Shown piece after piece: positions 51,612 through 63,889 of a stretch of 64,000 nt of DNA. Source of the DNA: Octopus vulgaris (taxonomy: Eukaryota); contig OX597828.1 in NCBI GenBank assembly GCA_951406725.2, positions 26,908,001 to 26,972,000 on the forward strand, read 5' to 3'. The notes below the pieces were generated by a model that had not been told where the DNA came from, searched no databases, and saw only the letters and a list, made by a program, of their open reading frames with translations. Positions within the stretch are counted from its first letter, which is position 1; the number at the start of each line of letters is the position of its first letter. The translations under genes were made by a program, and so were the position numbers.

Positions 51612-52010
51612 GATACATAGTCTTGTGGTAAGAAGCCTGCTTCCCAACCAGTTGGTACCAGGCTCTGTCCCACTGCGTGGCACTTTGGACAAATGTTTTC
51701 TACTAAGCCTCAAGCTGACCAAAGACTTTGGAATGGATTTGGTTGAGGGAAACTGAAAGAAACCTGTCATATGTGTGTGTGTGTTTGTGTGCATGTGTGT
51801 GTATGTAAATATGTATGTGTGTGTCTTCCACCACTGCTTGACAACCGGTGTTGGTGCATTTCTAATCTAACAGTTCAGTAAAAGTGACCGCTAGAATAAG
51901 CACCACGCTTTTAAAAAGAAAGTAAGCCCTGGGGTTGATTTACTTGACTAAAATTCTATAAGGTGGTGCTCCAGCATGGCCAGAGTCCACTGACTGAAAC
52001 TAGTAAAAGA
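51612..52010 (+). mobile_element. Diverged SINE family A
   Basis: Colinear head, core and tail. Confidence 0.8.
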
Positions 52011-52600
52011 TTATATATATATATATATATATATAGGAGGAATTACCACCGTGTTTCGTGGTCTGCTACCACGACAGCTCCTTTGATAAGCATCATCAGG
52101 AGGAACCACGTCCGGTTTCGACCCCTACTCCTCTACCCTTTTTGACGTGGTGGGGCCCCCCTGGTGTTGGGTGCATGTCTTATATAAAAAAATACAAACT
52201 GGGACAAGAACGCAAAACATTTAGAAGACGATACAAAAAACACGGACGGGACATTCGAAGCCTTCAATCTTCAGTCAAGAACCAGATCATCCTTGCAATT
52301 TCGGCTGATTAATCTTGGTCTTATATATATATATATATAAGTAGTTGAATGAATTATCCTAGTATGGATAATTCAGTTAACCGATACCTGGGTAGCAAAT
52401 TCACGTCAGGAAAACACGGTTGAAGCTACATGCCTAGGGCAGAGATTACGTGCTTTCGTGTGGAAATTTGTGTTTTTTAATACAAATAAATATATATATA
52501 TATGTAATGAGAGAGAGAGACAGAGAGAGAGAAAGAGCCAAATGTGCACAGGTGTGACAAACCTATGACCACACAAAATCTCTCTCTCTTTCTCTCTCAT

Positions 52601-52640
<40 letters not shown>

Positions 52641-52809
52641 CACCATTGAATTAGGTTACCATCCTATTCTGTCCCATCAAACCACTCAGCCAGCCAGCCA
52701 GCCTGCCAGCCGGCATGTTTAACTGTGCAGTTGATTGTAATGTATTCTGTAGGCCATGGGATCAGTCTGGACTCACTAACAGCTGTGTTATTCTGATGTT
52801 GGGACAATA

Positions 52810-53306
52810 GTGATGATGGTGGTGGTGGTGGCGGTGGTGGTATTAGTGGCTCTCATTGAGATGTTAGTGTGGTGTTTATGTGAGTGGCAAAGGTGGTGGT
52901 GTTCCTGGTTACTGTGGTGGTGGTGGTGGCGGTGGTGGTATTAGTGGCTGTCATTGAGATGTTAGTGCGGTGTTTATGTGAGTGGCAAAAGTGGTGGTGT
53001 TTCTGGTTACTGTGGTGGTGGTGTTGGTGGTGGTGATGACACTTGTGGTCGTATTGGTGCAGTGTTGATCTTAGTGTCATTAGTAGTAGAATTGGCAGTG
53101 GTGTTTGTGGTTGTGCTGGTGGTTGTGACTGTGGTCATGGTCGCAGCAGTGGTGGTGGTGGTGGTTGTGGCTGTGACAGTAGTGCATTTAGTGGTGGTGC
53201 TGGTGGTGGCTGTGTCAGTGGTCATGGTCGCAGCGATGGTGTTGCTGGTAGTAGTGCTGGTCGCAATGACGGTAGTGCATCTAGTGGTAACTTCAATGGT
53301 GGTGGC

Positions 53307-53349
<43 letters not shown>

Positions 53350-53415
53350 CTACTACTACTACTACCACCACCACCACTTACTACTACCACCACCACCACT
53401 ACTACTACTACTACT

Positions 53416-53453
<38 letters not shown>

Positions 53454-53523
53454 TACCACCACCACCACCACCACCACCACTACTACTACGACTACTACTA
53501 TTACTACCACCACCACCACCACC

Positions 53524-53576
<53 letters not shown>

Positions 53577-53587
53577 CACCACCACCA

Positions 53588-53620
<33 letters not shown>

Positions 53621-53815
53621 TAAGTGGCTATGGTCATTGTGGTGTTGGTGTTGAGAGTAATGGCTGGGGTGGTGGTATGCTGCCAGCAGTGTATTTAGTG
53701 GTGCTATTATTTCAGTGGTCATTGTGGTGATGGCACTGGCTGGAATGGTGTTTGTGGTTACGATGATGTTGATAATGATGATGGTAGTGGTTGTGGTGGT
53801 GGTGATGGTGTTACA
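52810..53815. repeat. Triplet-repeat block: ~98-bp tandem duplication, then (GTA)n switching to (CTA/CCA)n
   Basis: 52818-53015 is two near-identical units; strand switch centred on gtac at 53347-53350. Confidence 0.88.
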
Positions 53816-54497
53816 GACAATAACGGTTGAGTTATAGAAATGGCAATGTAGTCCAGTTGTAATTGCTGTTGTTTAGTCCTGTCGCTTCCTTGATCAGAGA
53901 CTTTCCAATTTGTGGCCATCCTACCTTTTCCTATAAGCTAGAACTAACATTATCCACTATCTTCCTCGAAATTGCAGTTGGGTGTGACTTGATGGTAGAT
54001 TTAGCTGCTATTTTCAGTAGATTAAGTAACCACTTAGAGGGTCTTCTACTGGCTTGTTGTTGTTGCTGTGGTGGTGGTGGTGGTAGTGGAGAGGGTTTTT
54101 TTGTAGTATTGTTGTGGTGCTTGCAATGTAGTGATTGATCATCATAACAGTTGTGGCAATAGTATTGATGATTGTAGTAGTGGTTGAGCAACTACCACCA
54201 CCCTTCCTAGTACTACTACTACCACTACTACTTATCACCACAGTGGAGGTAGTAGTAGTGATGAAAGAGGAAGGTGGTGGTGGTGGGAAATTATGGCTGA
54301 GGTAATAGTTGTACTTGTAGAGGCAGCAGCAGCAGCAGCAGAGATTGTAGTAGTAATAGTAGTATAGGTAATAGGAGCAATGGTAATTGGGATAGTAGTA
54401 ATAGTGGTAGTGGTGGTGGTGGTAGTCTGGTGAAAGTAGTATCAGTGAGAAACAAGCAAGATTCAAAGTAGACAGTTGTAAAGAGCAACAGATGGTT

Positions 54498-55151
54498 GTG
54501 TGTGTGTATGTGTAAGGGTGGTGCTATGGGCCATGTGTGTATGTGTGTGTGTGTATGTGTAAGAGTGGTGCTATGGGCCGTGTGTGTGTATGTGTGTGTG
54601 TGTGTGTGTGTAAGGGTGGTGCTATGGGCCGTGTGTGTGTGTGTGTGTGTGTGTGTGTAAGGGTGGTGCTATGGGCCGAGTGTGTGTGTGTGTGTGTGTG
54701 TGTGCGTGTGTATGTGTAAGGGTGGTGCTATAGGCCATGTATGTGTGTGTGTGTATGTGTAAGAGTGGTGCTATGGGCCGTGTGTGTGTATGTGTAAGAG
54801 TGGTGCTATGGGCCGTGTGTGTGTATGTGTGTGTGTGTGTGTGTGTAAGGGTGGTGCTATGGGCCGAGTGTGTGTATTTGTGTGTGTATGTGTAAGGGTG
54901 GTGCTATGGGTCGAGTGTGTGTATGTATGTGTGTAAGGGTGGTGCTATGGGCCGAGTGTGTGTATGTGTGTGTGTGTGTATGTGTAAGGGTGGTGCTATG
55001 GGCCGAGTGTGTGTGTGTATGTGTAAGGGTGGTGCTATGGGCCGAGTGTGTGTATGTGTGTGTGTGTGTGCGTGTGTGTGTGTGTAAGGGTGGTGCTATG
55101 GGCCGTGTGTGTGTGTGTGTATGTGTAAGGGTGGTGCTATGGGCCGAGTGT

Positions 55152-55187
<36 letters not shown>

Positions 55188-55339
55188 GGGTGGTGCTATG
55201 GGCCGAGTGTGTGTATGTGTGTGTGTGTGTGTGTGTGTAAGGGTGGTGCTATGGGCCGTGTGTGTGTGTGTGTATGTGTAAGGGTGGTGCTATGGGCCGA
55301 GTGTGTGTATGTGTGTGTGTAAGGGTGGTGCTATGGGCC

Positions 55340-55375
<36 letters not shown>

Positions 55376-55845
55376 GGGTGGTGCTATGGGCCGAGTGTGT
55401 GTATGTGTGTGTGTGTGTGTGTAAGGGTGGTACTATTGGCCGAGTGTGTGTATGTGTGTGTGTGTATGTATGTGTAAGGGTGGTGCTATGGGCCGAGTGT
55501 GTGTGTATGTGTGTGTGTGTATGTGTAAGGGTGGTGCTATGGGCCGAGTGTGTCTGTGTGTGTGTGTAAGGGTGGTGCTATGGGCCGAGTGTGTGTGTAT
55601 GTGTGTGTGTGTGTGTATGTGTAAGGGTGGTGCTATGGGCCGAGTGTGTCTGTGTGTGTGTGTAAGGGTGGTGCTATGGGCCGAGTGTGTGTGTATGTGT
55701 GTGTGTGTGTGTATGTGTAAGGGTGGTGCTATGGGCCGAGTGTGTGTGTATGTGTGTGTGTGTGTATGTGTAAGGGTGGTGCTATGGGCCGAGTGTGTCT
55801 GTGTGTGTGTGTAAGGGTGGTGCTATGGGCTGTATGTGTGTGTGT
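54498..55845 (+). repeat. Minisatellite: 28 copies of TAAGGGTGGTGCTATGGGCCGAG separated by variable-length (TG)n
   Basis: Units counted by eye; spacers are all TG-based. Confidence 0.95.
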
Positions 55846-57908
55846 TGTGAGGAAGGTATGCCAAGAGCTTTGGTTGATTGTGTGTCTTTCAAAGATGTGT
55901 AAGCAGCTGGGGGAAAAAAAACACTCTGTACACTGCTGTTGCCACTATTTTCTGTCGGGGGGGGGGGGGGGGGGGCGGTTGTCTTACACACACACACACA
56001 CACACACACTGTCACAATGTTCATCATAGAATTCTTTGATAAGCTTACAAATAATTACACCATCAGATACACACACACACACACACTGACATCCATTTAC
56101 AAATATACACTCACCCCAATACATGCGCACACATACACATGCACACACACATGCACACACACATGCACATACACACACACACACACACACACCCTGCAGT
56201 CTAACTTTGTTTTTGAAATGTAATTTTCTGGTTTACAAATCTTCAAGCTGAGTCTTGGAGGAATCACCTTTCTAGAATCTTCTGCAAATGCTTAGCACCA
56301 AGATGGATGTAAGTGAACAGTTACAGGTAAACTATGATTGGGAAAGTATTCCAGTGGGGTGATAGTCAGGAGAAGGGAGATTGAGAAACATAATTAATGC
56401 TGTGGCTGTGTTTGTGATGTGTGGGATGTGGTGAGAGACCTTGTGGTTACTATTTAGTCATGGCTCAACCCTGATTGAGAAGATCTTTACTGAAAAGTGT
56501 CTCAGTTGCTGCTTCTCAGAACTGGCTGGAAAGCTTTGTACCTCCACACCATTCTGGCACCCCTGACTCAGTTGTCTTTCTTCCTTTGGTCACCAGTAAT
56601 GTATCTACCATTCCATCATGCGCAAAATGGCTTTAGTCATTAATCTGTTGGATCAGGATTAATCTGAAGCTAAACAACAACACTAATTACCACTAATACT
56701 GCTGCCACTACAATTACAAATACCACTTAAAACCACCATCATCATCATCATCATCATTATCACCACCACCACCGCTACCATCACTATTGTCCTTATCACT
56801 CACATTACCAAATTGTAACCACTCCCTCCACTAACAAGAACCCACACCATCATTGTCTTTTAGACTGGATTAGAACCCACAATAATCATTACACCCTTTC
56901 CTTACTTCACAGACTGTCAACCCACTGCAATTCCCACTGTTCACATATTTTACCTTCTGTCATTTTGACTTCCAGCGACTCAAGAAGAATTTGAACCCTA
57001 CTACTTCTTGATATGGTTTGATACAAATGCCAGCTTGGTGCCTGGCCTGGATAAGACACCAAAAATTGTAATATAAAAAGGGTTAAAAAATATAACCATG
57101 CTACATCAATCATCAGGTGGGTTAACATGGGACATGTTCAGACCTTAAATAGAAGGGTCTGTTTGGAAAATATGTTGCAGGCTCCACCAAATGCCAGTCC
57201 AGCCAACAACTTGATCTTTTAGGTGTGGGTGGAAGTGGAAAGGATATATGTTCTAGGGCCCTAAATTGGGTCCAGGAGGGAACAACTGTTAATGGGTGGG
57301 GTGGGAAAAAATAGGATCCTATGGAAGAGGTGCCTAAGGGTTCTATCTCTGTGACCCTTCTAGGAATAGGGAGCAGAAAAAATGGATGGATGTTATTGAT
57401 CTCAAAATGCTGTCTGGAAAAACCTTGAGTGCAGCTCCTTCCTTTAGCCCAAACATAGGCAACCCCTGGCTGGTGGGGCTTGTTGAATGCAATGCCTAAT
57501 GAAAAATTACCTTGAAATTATTTTTAGTACTGTGGCTTGCCTGATGGTGAGCCATGCGTCGTGTGGTCCACTTCTTGGAGAAAAGGTTACCCGTTCTTGG
57601 TTGATGCCAATCCATAGTAAAGGGGTGAACAGCTCCTGCATTGTTGCTGGCGCTGAGTAATGTCTACAGCTCCAGCACTTGGCTGTTTATAGCTACCTAC
57701 ACTTAGCTCTATGTCCTTTTCACAGGTGGATCAGTTCGTTGTTATTGACCAAACCATTGAATAAATAAATCAAAGTCTGTAATGACAACAAACATTGGAA
57801 ATCCTGGCAGTTGTTTCCTTTTCAACAGATGGCATCACACGAAGCTTAGCAATGGGATATGAAAGACATGTCACCACATACAGACACAATGACCATCAGA
57901 TGCTCTCT

Positions 57909-58340
57909 TCATCATCATCATCATCATCATCATCATCGTTTAACGTCCGTTCTCCATGCTAGCATGGGTTGGACGGTTCGACCGGGGATCTGGGAAGCCA
58001 GAAGGCTGCACCAGGCTCCAGTCTTATCTGGCAATGTTTCTACAGCTGGATGCCCTTCCTAACGCTAACCACTCCGTGAGTGTAGTGGGTGCTTTTTATG
58101 TGCCACCTGCACAGGTGCCAGGCGAGGCTGGCAACGGCCACGGTCGGATTGGTGTATTTTATGTGCCACCGGCACGGAAGCCAGTCGAGGCTGCGCTGGC
58201 ATCGGCCACGAGTCGGATAGTGCTTTTTACGTACCACCAGACCAGGGATCCTGGCTGGTTCAATTCGATTTCGCTTGCCCCAACATGTCTTCGCAAGCAA
58301 AGGGGGTTGGCATGGGTGCCTGTCGTACGGTCGGATTGGT
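57909..58340 (-). mobile_element. SINE-like family B, longest copy
   Basis: (CAT)n tail, three internal gtgctttttacgtgccacc-like repeats. Confidence 0.88.
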
Positions 58341-59403
58341 CTGCAATGAAATTCTTTTCTCTCACACACACACACACACATTCTTTCGTTTTTGCTGTTT
58401 ACCCCTCTAACCCCTTCCATTCTCCACTAATTAATTCAGTTCGGTATAATTAAAATCATCATCATCATCATCATTTTAGTCATCTTCTTTTCTATGCTCT
58501 CATGAGTCAGATGCAATTTTTCTACAGCTGGATGCTCTTCCTGCCACCGAACCTCACCTTTTTCTCAGCAAGGCAATATTTTCCCCATGGCCACATGTAG
58601 CTTTCATGCGAGATTAGAAATGAAAGACACTGCTTGTATGATAGTGACACTCGTTTACAACCATCATGTGATGTCAAGACAGGAAGACACCAACACTCTC
58701 TCTCTACCCCCCTCTCTACCCCATCTCCCGCTATTCCCTCTCTCTCTCACACACACCTATGCACACACGCACACGATGGGCTTCTTTCAGGTTCTGCCTA
58801 CCAAAATCCACTCACAAGGCTTTGGTCAGCTCAAAGCCTATAGAAGATGACACTTGCCCAAAGTGCCATGCAGTGAGACTGAACCTGGAATTATATGGTT
58901 GGGAGTCAAGCTTTTTACCACACAACCAAACTTGCACATCTTGAGATCAACTTTCACAATTTCTGCCCATGTCTTCCTTGGTGACAAAAGAAAAATGATC
59001 AGTAAAAGAAAAGGTGAGGTGGTGGTGGTATGTGTATGTGGGAGGATGTGTCAAGGGATCAGGAACAAGGTGAGAAGGATATTCTATGGTGGTGGTGGTG
59101 GCAAGAGTTAAGGGTTGAGGAAGGCATGACTGCGTAGACTCTCAGAATGTCTCTGTGTTTTGAAATGGCCAGAAGGTGGAATGGCATGTGTGTGTGTGTG
59201 GTTTGTATGTTTGTGTGTAGAGGTGTGCAAGTAAGGAAGGACAATGGCACTAGTGAGTGGGATACTAAATTATCTCTCATCATGCTGCATGCCTCTTTCG
59301 CTTCCCCCGTACTCCTGTAGCTTATCCAAACCCCCTCATCTTTCTCCACCCTTACTGCCAAATGTATCATCTGTGTGACCCTGCTGCTAGCATCCCTCTG
59401 GCA

Positions 59404-59520
59404 CAGTGATTCCCAACCAATTTTTGCTGTGGACCCCCTTGATTCTTATTCTACTCTGGTGGACCCCCATTTTGTATTTAAAGAAATACCCCTTTATATT
59501 TATTTCCATTGAAACATGGG
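59404..59520 (+). mobile_element. hAT-like terminal fragment
   Basis: Starts cagtgattcccaacc (Charlie-type TIR) with repeated gtggacccc; other end not found. Confidence 0.4.
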
Positions 59521-59535
59521 CAAAGGAGATATTAA

Positions 59536-59756
59536 TCCTTTAGCATTCAGATTTTGTCTGTCAAATGTAAAGCTTATTTATTCACTTTGTCTTTAATTAA
59601 TTGTGCATTTTCCTATAGTTTTGAAAGTTCAATAATGTGATTGTTGCATTTTTAGAATGACATTGTAGGCTAAGTGTGAGAGATCAGAAGTGGCTGGTTT
59701 GAACATAAAACTGATAAAATATTTGGCCAGATATAGCTTGTTTAAATGTTACAGGG
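59536..59756 (+). mobile_element. piggyBac-type MITE
   Basis: TTAA|tcctttagcatt...aatgttacaggg|TTAA. Confidence 0.8.
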
Positions 59757-59838
59757 TTAAATGATAAAAAGAATTATGATGATTTTATATATATATTTTT
59801 TTTCATAGAGATTTTTTTCATAACGTTTTCAAATAGCC

Positions 59839-59901
59839 AGATAACCGAAGAGATGGTGTTGTGGATTTCCACTTCGGCATCTGAAACTCAGAGTTTTATC
59901 T
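59839..59901 (+). ncRNA. Hammerhead-like motif with CCGAAGA core
   Basis: agataa-CCGAAGA-gatg...gtggatttccac...catc-t-GAAA-ctcagag-TT-ttatct. Confidence 0.6.
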
Positions 59902-59923
59902 TGACTACCGAGTAATGTAACAT

Positions 59924-59960
<37 letters not shown>

Positions 59961-59978
59961 TCACACACATACATATTC

Positions 59979-60033
<55 letters not shown>

Positions 60034-60034
60034 T

Positions 60035-60581
60035 ATATAAATTAACAATTGAGGATAAAATCTTTAAAAGAAATTATCAGTAGTCAGTGTGAAAATCCTC
60101 GTAAGAGAAAAAATCCGTAAAATCTTCCTCTTTGAAAATATTCATTTATATTATATTGAGGGTACTACTATTCATAGATACCAACACGCTAAGAGGGACC
60201 AATGCGGTCAAAACTACTAAAATAAACAATTTTACCGAATGCAAAACTTCAAAACACATCATTTTAAAAAAGAATTCAGTTACATATCACATGTGATTTC
60301 GCATTTAATGCAGAATATGCATTTCATGTTCGTCGGTGCAACAAACTCAAGAAATATAAGAGAAAACATAACATTACAAGCTCGATAGCCAACCGTAGAA
60401 TTCGTCGTAGCATGTACGAATGTTTATCTTTACATATCTATGAAAATGGCGGGCTTATTCGCAATGCATTTCGGTAACAAATTGTCTAGTCGGAATAAAA
60501 ATTCAGTATTGAACTATTCCGGTGAAAAATATAAATTAACAATTGAGGATAAAATCTTTAAAAGAAATTTTCAGTAGTCAG
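60035..60581 (-). mobile_element. Terminally redundant ~494-nt element carrying a hammerhead (retrozyme / Penelope pLTR-like)
   Basis: 53-nt direct repeat at 60035-60087 and 60529-60581 (one mismatch), embedded in (TA)n, no ORF. Confidence 0.75.
60272..60348 (-). ncRNA. Type I hammerhead ribozyme with CCGACGA core
   Basis: Minus: gagtttgttgca-CCGACGA-a-cat ga aatgca tattc tgcatt aa atg-c-GAAA-tcacatgtga-TA-tgtaac t gaattc; all three stems form. Confidence 0.75.
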
Positions 60582-60595
60582 CTAATATATATATA

Positions 60596-60761
60596 TTCGC
60601 CATGATAGATCACTAGCCACTACACATTATTTTCTCTCCTTGTTTCTTTCTGTGTTCCTTTCTGTGGAAGAGCGTAGGCTCGAAATGTTAAAGACTTGAC
60701 TTCCCTAACGTTATACTAATACACCACCTGTCTTCATCTTTTGTTTTTTTGTGAATTCTCC
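60596..60761 (+). mobile_element. Hammerhead-bearing short element (A6U family); motif at 60657-60695
   Basis: ccttt-CTGTGGA-a-gagc gtag gctc-GAAA-tg-TT-aaaga; flanked by (TA)n. Confidence 0.75.
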
Positions 60762-60922
60762 ATATATATATACACACACACACACAGACATATATATACA
60801 CGCACACACACAATAGGTAAAGTTAATGTTAGCATATATTTAATTAATGGAACATCAATAAACCAACTAAAATTGAATATCCTTTGAGGAAAGAAATTTG
60901 ATCAATTCCTACAACTTGTTAA

Positions 60923-61141
60923 CCCCTTTTGTTGTCATATTCCTTTTGAAATACAATGATCTTGTTTCTGTTAATTATGAGAATAATGAAGACTTTCATA
61001 GACTAACTTCATCATTATGAAGCTGGTGTTTGGAACAGAACATGAAATTTGCATTTGAAGGGTTTAATTTAGATCACTTGAAAAAAGGAAGTTTGTATCA
61101 TAAAATGAGGGGCTGTCTTAGGCAGATTGGTATCAAAGGCG
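60923..61141 (+). mobile_element. piggyBac-type MITE, second family
   Basis: TTAA|ccccttttgt...atcaaaggcg|TTAA; diverged inverted relative near 13360-13630. Confidence 0.65.
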
Positions 61142-61227
61142 TTAAAATGTTTCAGCATTTCATTCTCATTGTAGCCATTCTACAAGACTGAAAGACATTC
61201 CTCTCAATTCTAGTCATTTTACTTCTC

Positions 61228-61399
61228 ATAAAAAGCACCCACTACACTCACGGAGTGGTTGGCGTTAGGAAGGGCATCCAGCCATTGAAACACTGCCAGA
61301 TCTGACTGGGCCTGATGAAGCCTTCCAGCTTCACAGACCCCAGTTGAACCGTCCAACCCATGCTAGCATGGAAAACGGACGCTAAATGATGATGATGAT
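61228..61399 (+). mobile_element. SINE-like family B
   Basis: High identity to 19035-19218. Confidence 0.88.
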
Positions 61400-61613
61400 A
61401 CATTACTAGTTTTCTTGACAAAAAGCATGAACATCACAGAGTCTCGTTTCCTCATGTTTTATAGTGCTGTTTACCAATAAATGCTCTTCTTTATTGTGTT
61501 AAATAATGCTATTCAAAAGTGTTTTGAATATTATATTTTTAAACTTCAGTTTTTTTTTTCTTTTTAAATTTTTAATTAAAATTAAGAAAATGTAAAAACT
61601 GAGGTAAACACAT

Positions 61614-61645
<32 letters not shown>

Positions 61646-62256
61646 AAAATGTTATGAAAATTGATGAATTTCTATTTTAATTTATGACTATGTTTTGGTA
61701 TAAATAAATGTTGTTGGTTGTGGTAGTAGGAGTGGTGGAGTGATTGTTATAGTTGTGGTACTGCCAGTCATGGTGGTGGTGGTGGTGGTGTTGCTGGTGG
61801 TGGTGGTATTAACTTTGGCATTAACTAGTGTTCTTTCCTTTAGTCTTAAAACAGAAAACCAACTTAACTGAACCATTATGAATGAGCTCCAGGTAGTGAC
61901 AACTGGAATGTGTGACCTGTAGAGGAGAAGAAAAAAAAAACAGACATCATGTAGAGAAGATAGATAGAGAGAGAGAAAGAGAGACAAGCCAGATCACAGG
62001 AAGAAGGGGGGAAAAGAGAAAACATATCAGAAAGAAAAGAGGTGGAATTTAGATGAGGCTGAGGAAGGAGTAAAATATTAAATGATCAGAAAAGAAACAA
62101 AAAGAAAACATCAGATGAAAAACAAATAAAATAAAATAATCCTAAAAAGAAAAAAAAATATCGAAGTGTAAAATGGCAAACAATTCTGGGTAGCAGCATA
62201 TTTGAAACAATGGACGATTGAGGAATGGAAACGAGAACAGACTTTGTAGGTAGGAA

Positions 62257-62600
62257 GATGGCATAGCAACCATGTGGTTTTGGGTTCAGAACCCATTGCA
62301 GGGCACCTGGTGCAAGTGTCTTCAAATATAGCCCTGGGTTGGCCAAAGCCTTGTGAGTGAATTTGGGGGTTGAAAACTGTGTGGAAGCCCATTAGAGGCA
62401 TATGCATGTTTGTCAGTTCCCCCACTATATCACAACTGTTGTTGGTTTGTTTACATCCTCATAACTTAGTGGTTCAGCAAGACGGGAACCAACAGAATAA
62501 GCACCAGAGCTAAAAATAAGAACAGGGCTTGATTTTTTTAAAAACCCTTTCAGGCAGTGCTCCATTATGGCCACACACCAATGAAATGAGTGAAAAAAAA
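62257..62600 (+). mobile_element. Diverged SINE family A
   Basis: Colinear but degenerate. Confidence 0.7.
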
Positions 62601-62851
62601 AAGTAGGAGATCATAAAGAACCCAAAAATAAATAGATAAATAAAAATAAGATAAATAAAAATACCTGAGATGTAAAAACCAAACAAAAAAGGCAATAAAA
62701 TAAATCTGAAGTAAAGAGAAAAAGATAAAAAGAAATATAAGACACATGCAACAGCTTTGCAAAGTCTCTTTTTATAAGTACTTCTTTCTCTCCCTCTCCC
62801 TCTCTCTCTCACCCTCTCTCTCTCTCCCTCCCTATTTTGCTACATATTCTT

Positions 62852-63045
62852 TCTTTTATTCTTTTACTTGTTTCAGTCATTTGACTGTGGCCATGCTGGA
62901 GCACCACCTTTTACTCAAGCAGATCGACCCCAGGACTTATTCTTTGTAAACCTAGAACTTATTCTATCGGTCTCATTTTGTCGAACTGCTAACTTACGAA
63001 GACTTAAATACACCAGCATCACATGTCAAGAGATGTTGGTGGGGA

Positions 63046-63094
<49 letters not shown>

Positions 63095-63265
63095 ACATAT
63101 ACGATGGGCTTCTTTCAATTTCCGTCTACAAAATCCACTCATAAGGCTTTGGTCATCCCAAGGCTATAGTAAGAAACACTTGCCCAAGGTGCCACACAGT
63201 GGGACTGAACCCGAAACCATGCGGTTGGTGAGCAAGCTACTTACCACACAGCCACTCCTGCACCT
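62852..63265 (-). mobile_element. SINE family A
   Basis: Full-length. Confidence 0.9.
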
Positions 63266-63725
63266 ATATCTGTATGTATATTTGCACACACACACACACA
63301 CACAAGGGGTCTTTTTTTTTTAGTTTGTCCACCAAATCCGCTGACAAGCCTTTGGGCAGCCTAGAGCTATAAAAGACACTTGCCCAAGGTTTAGTGCTTT
63401 GGGACTGACCCGAGACAACATGGTTGGGAAGCATATGTAAAGGGACTTGACATTCTTCTCCCCCCCCCATACTGGATGAGCAGACACCCCTCACCCCACC
63501 ACACCCCATGAGGTAGAGACAAGAGCAGTGAAGTCAAGCTCCCTCATACACCAGATGGGCCAACATCCAGGACAAAGGCTCATACAGGAGTAGCGATGTA
63601 AACACCCCACCCAGGGGAAATCACCCAAAAAGCATCATCAATAATGGTGCAAAATCATGGTGGTGCTCCAATATGGCCGCAGTTGCATGGCTGAAACAAA
63701 TAAAACAATATATATATATATATAT

Positions 63726-63864
63726 TGGCGTTTGGAAGGGCATCCAGCTGTAGAAACACTGCCAGATCTGACTGGCCTGGTGCAGCCTTCGAGCTTGCCA
63801 GACCCCAGTTGAACCGTCCAACCCATGCTAGCATGGAAAGCGGACGTTAAACGATGATGATGAT
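63726..63864 (+). mobile_element. SINE-like family B, 3' part
   Basis: tggcgtttggaagggcatccagc...aaacgatgatgatg. Confidence 0.88.
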
Positions 63865-63889
63865 ACATGCATACATATACACATACAAA

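Noticed and set aside
52035-52150. Minus-strand CTGATGA...GAAAC hammerhead candidates
   Set aside because: One has the core boxes but no stem I partner; the other has a stem (ccacgtc/gacgtgg) but no core. Possibly a decayed pLTR, not supportable.
52978-53730. 250-aa mucin-like poly-V/poly-T ORF
   Set aside because: Triplet microsatellite open in several frames on both strands; no domain recognisable.
54498-55845. CRISPR array
   Set aside because: Spacers are all (TG)n microsatellite rather than unique sequence, there are no cas genes, and the context is eukaryotic.
56238-56298. Isolated plus-strand exon candidate ending at gtaagt
   Set aside because: Weak acceptor, no partner exons, unrecognised peptide.
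57150-57760. Possible LINE 5' region or other old repeat
   Set aside because: Composition is suggestive, but no ORF, terminus or second copy supports a call.
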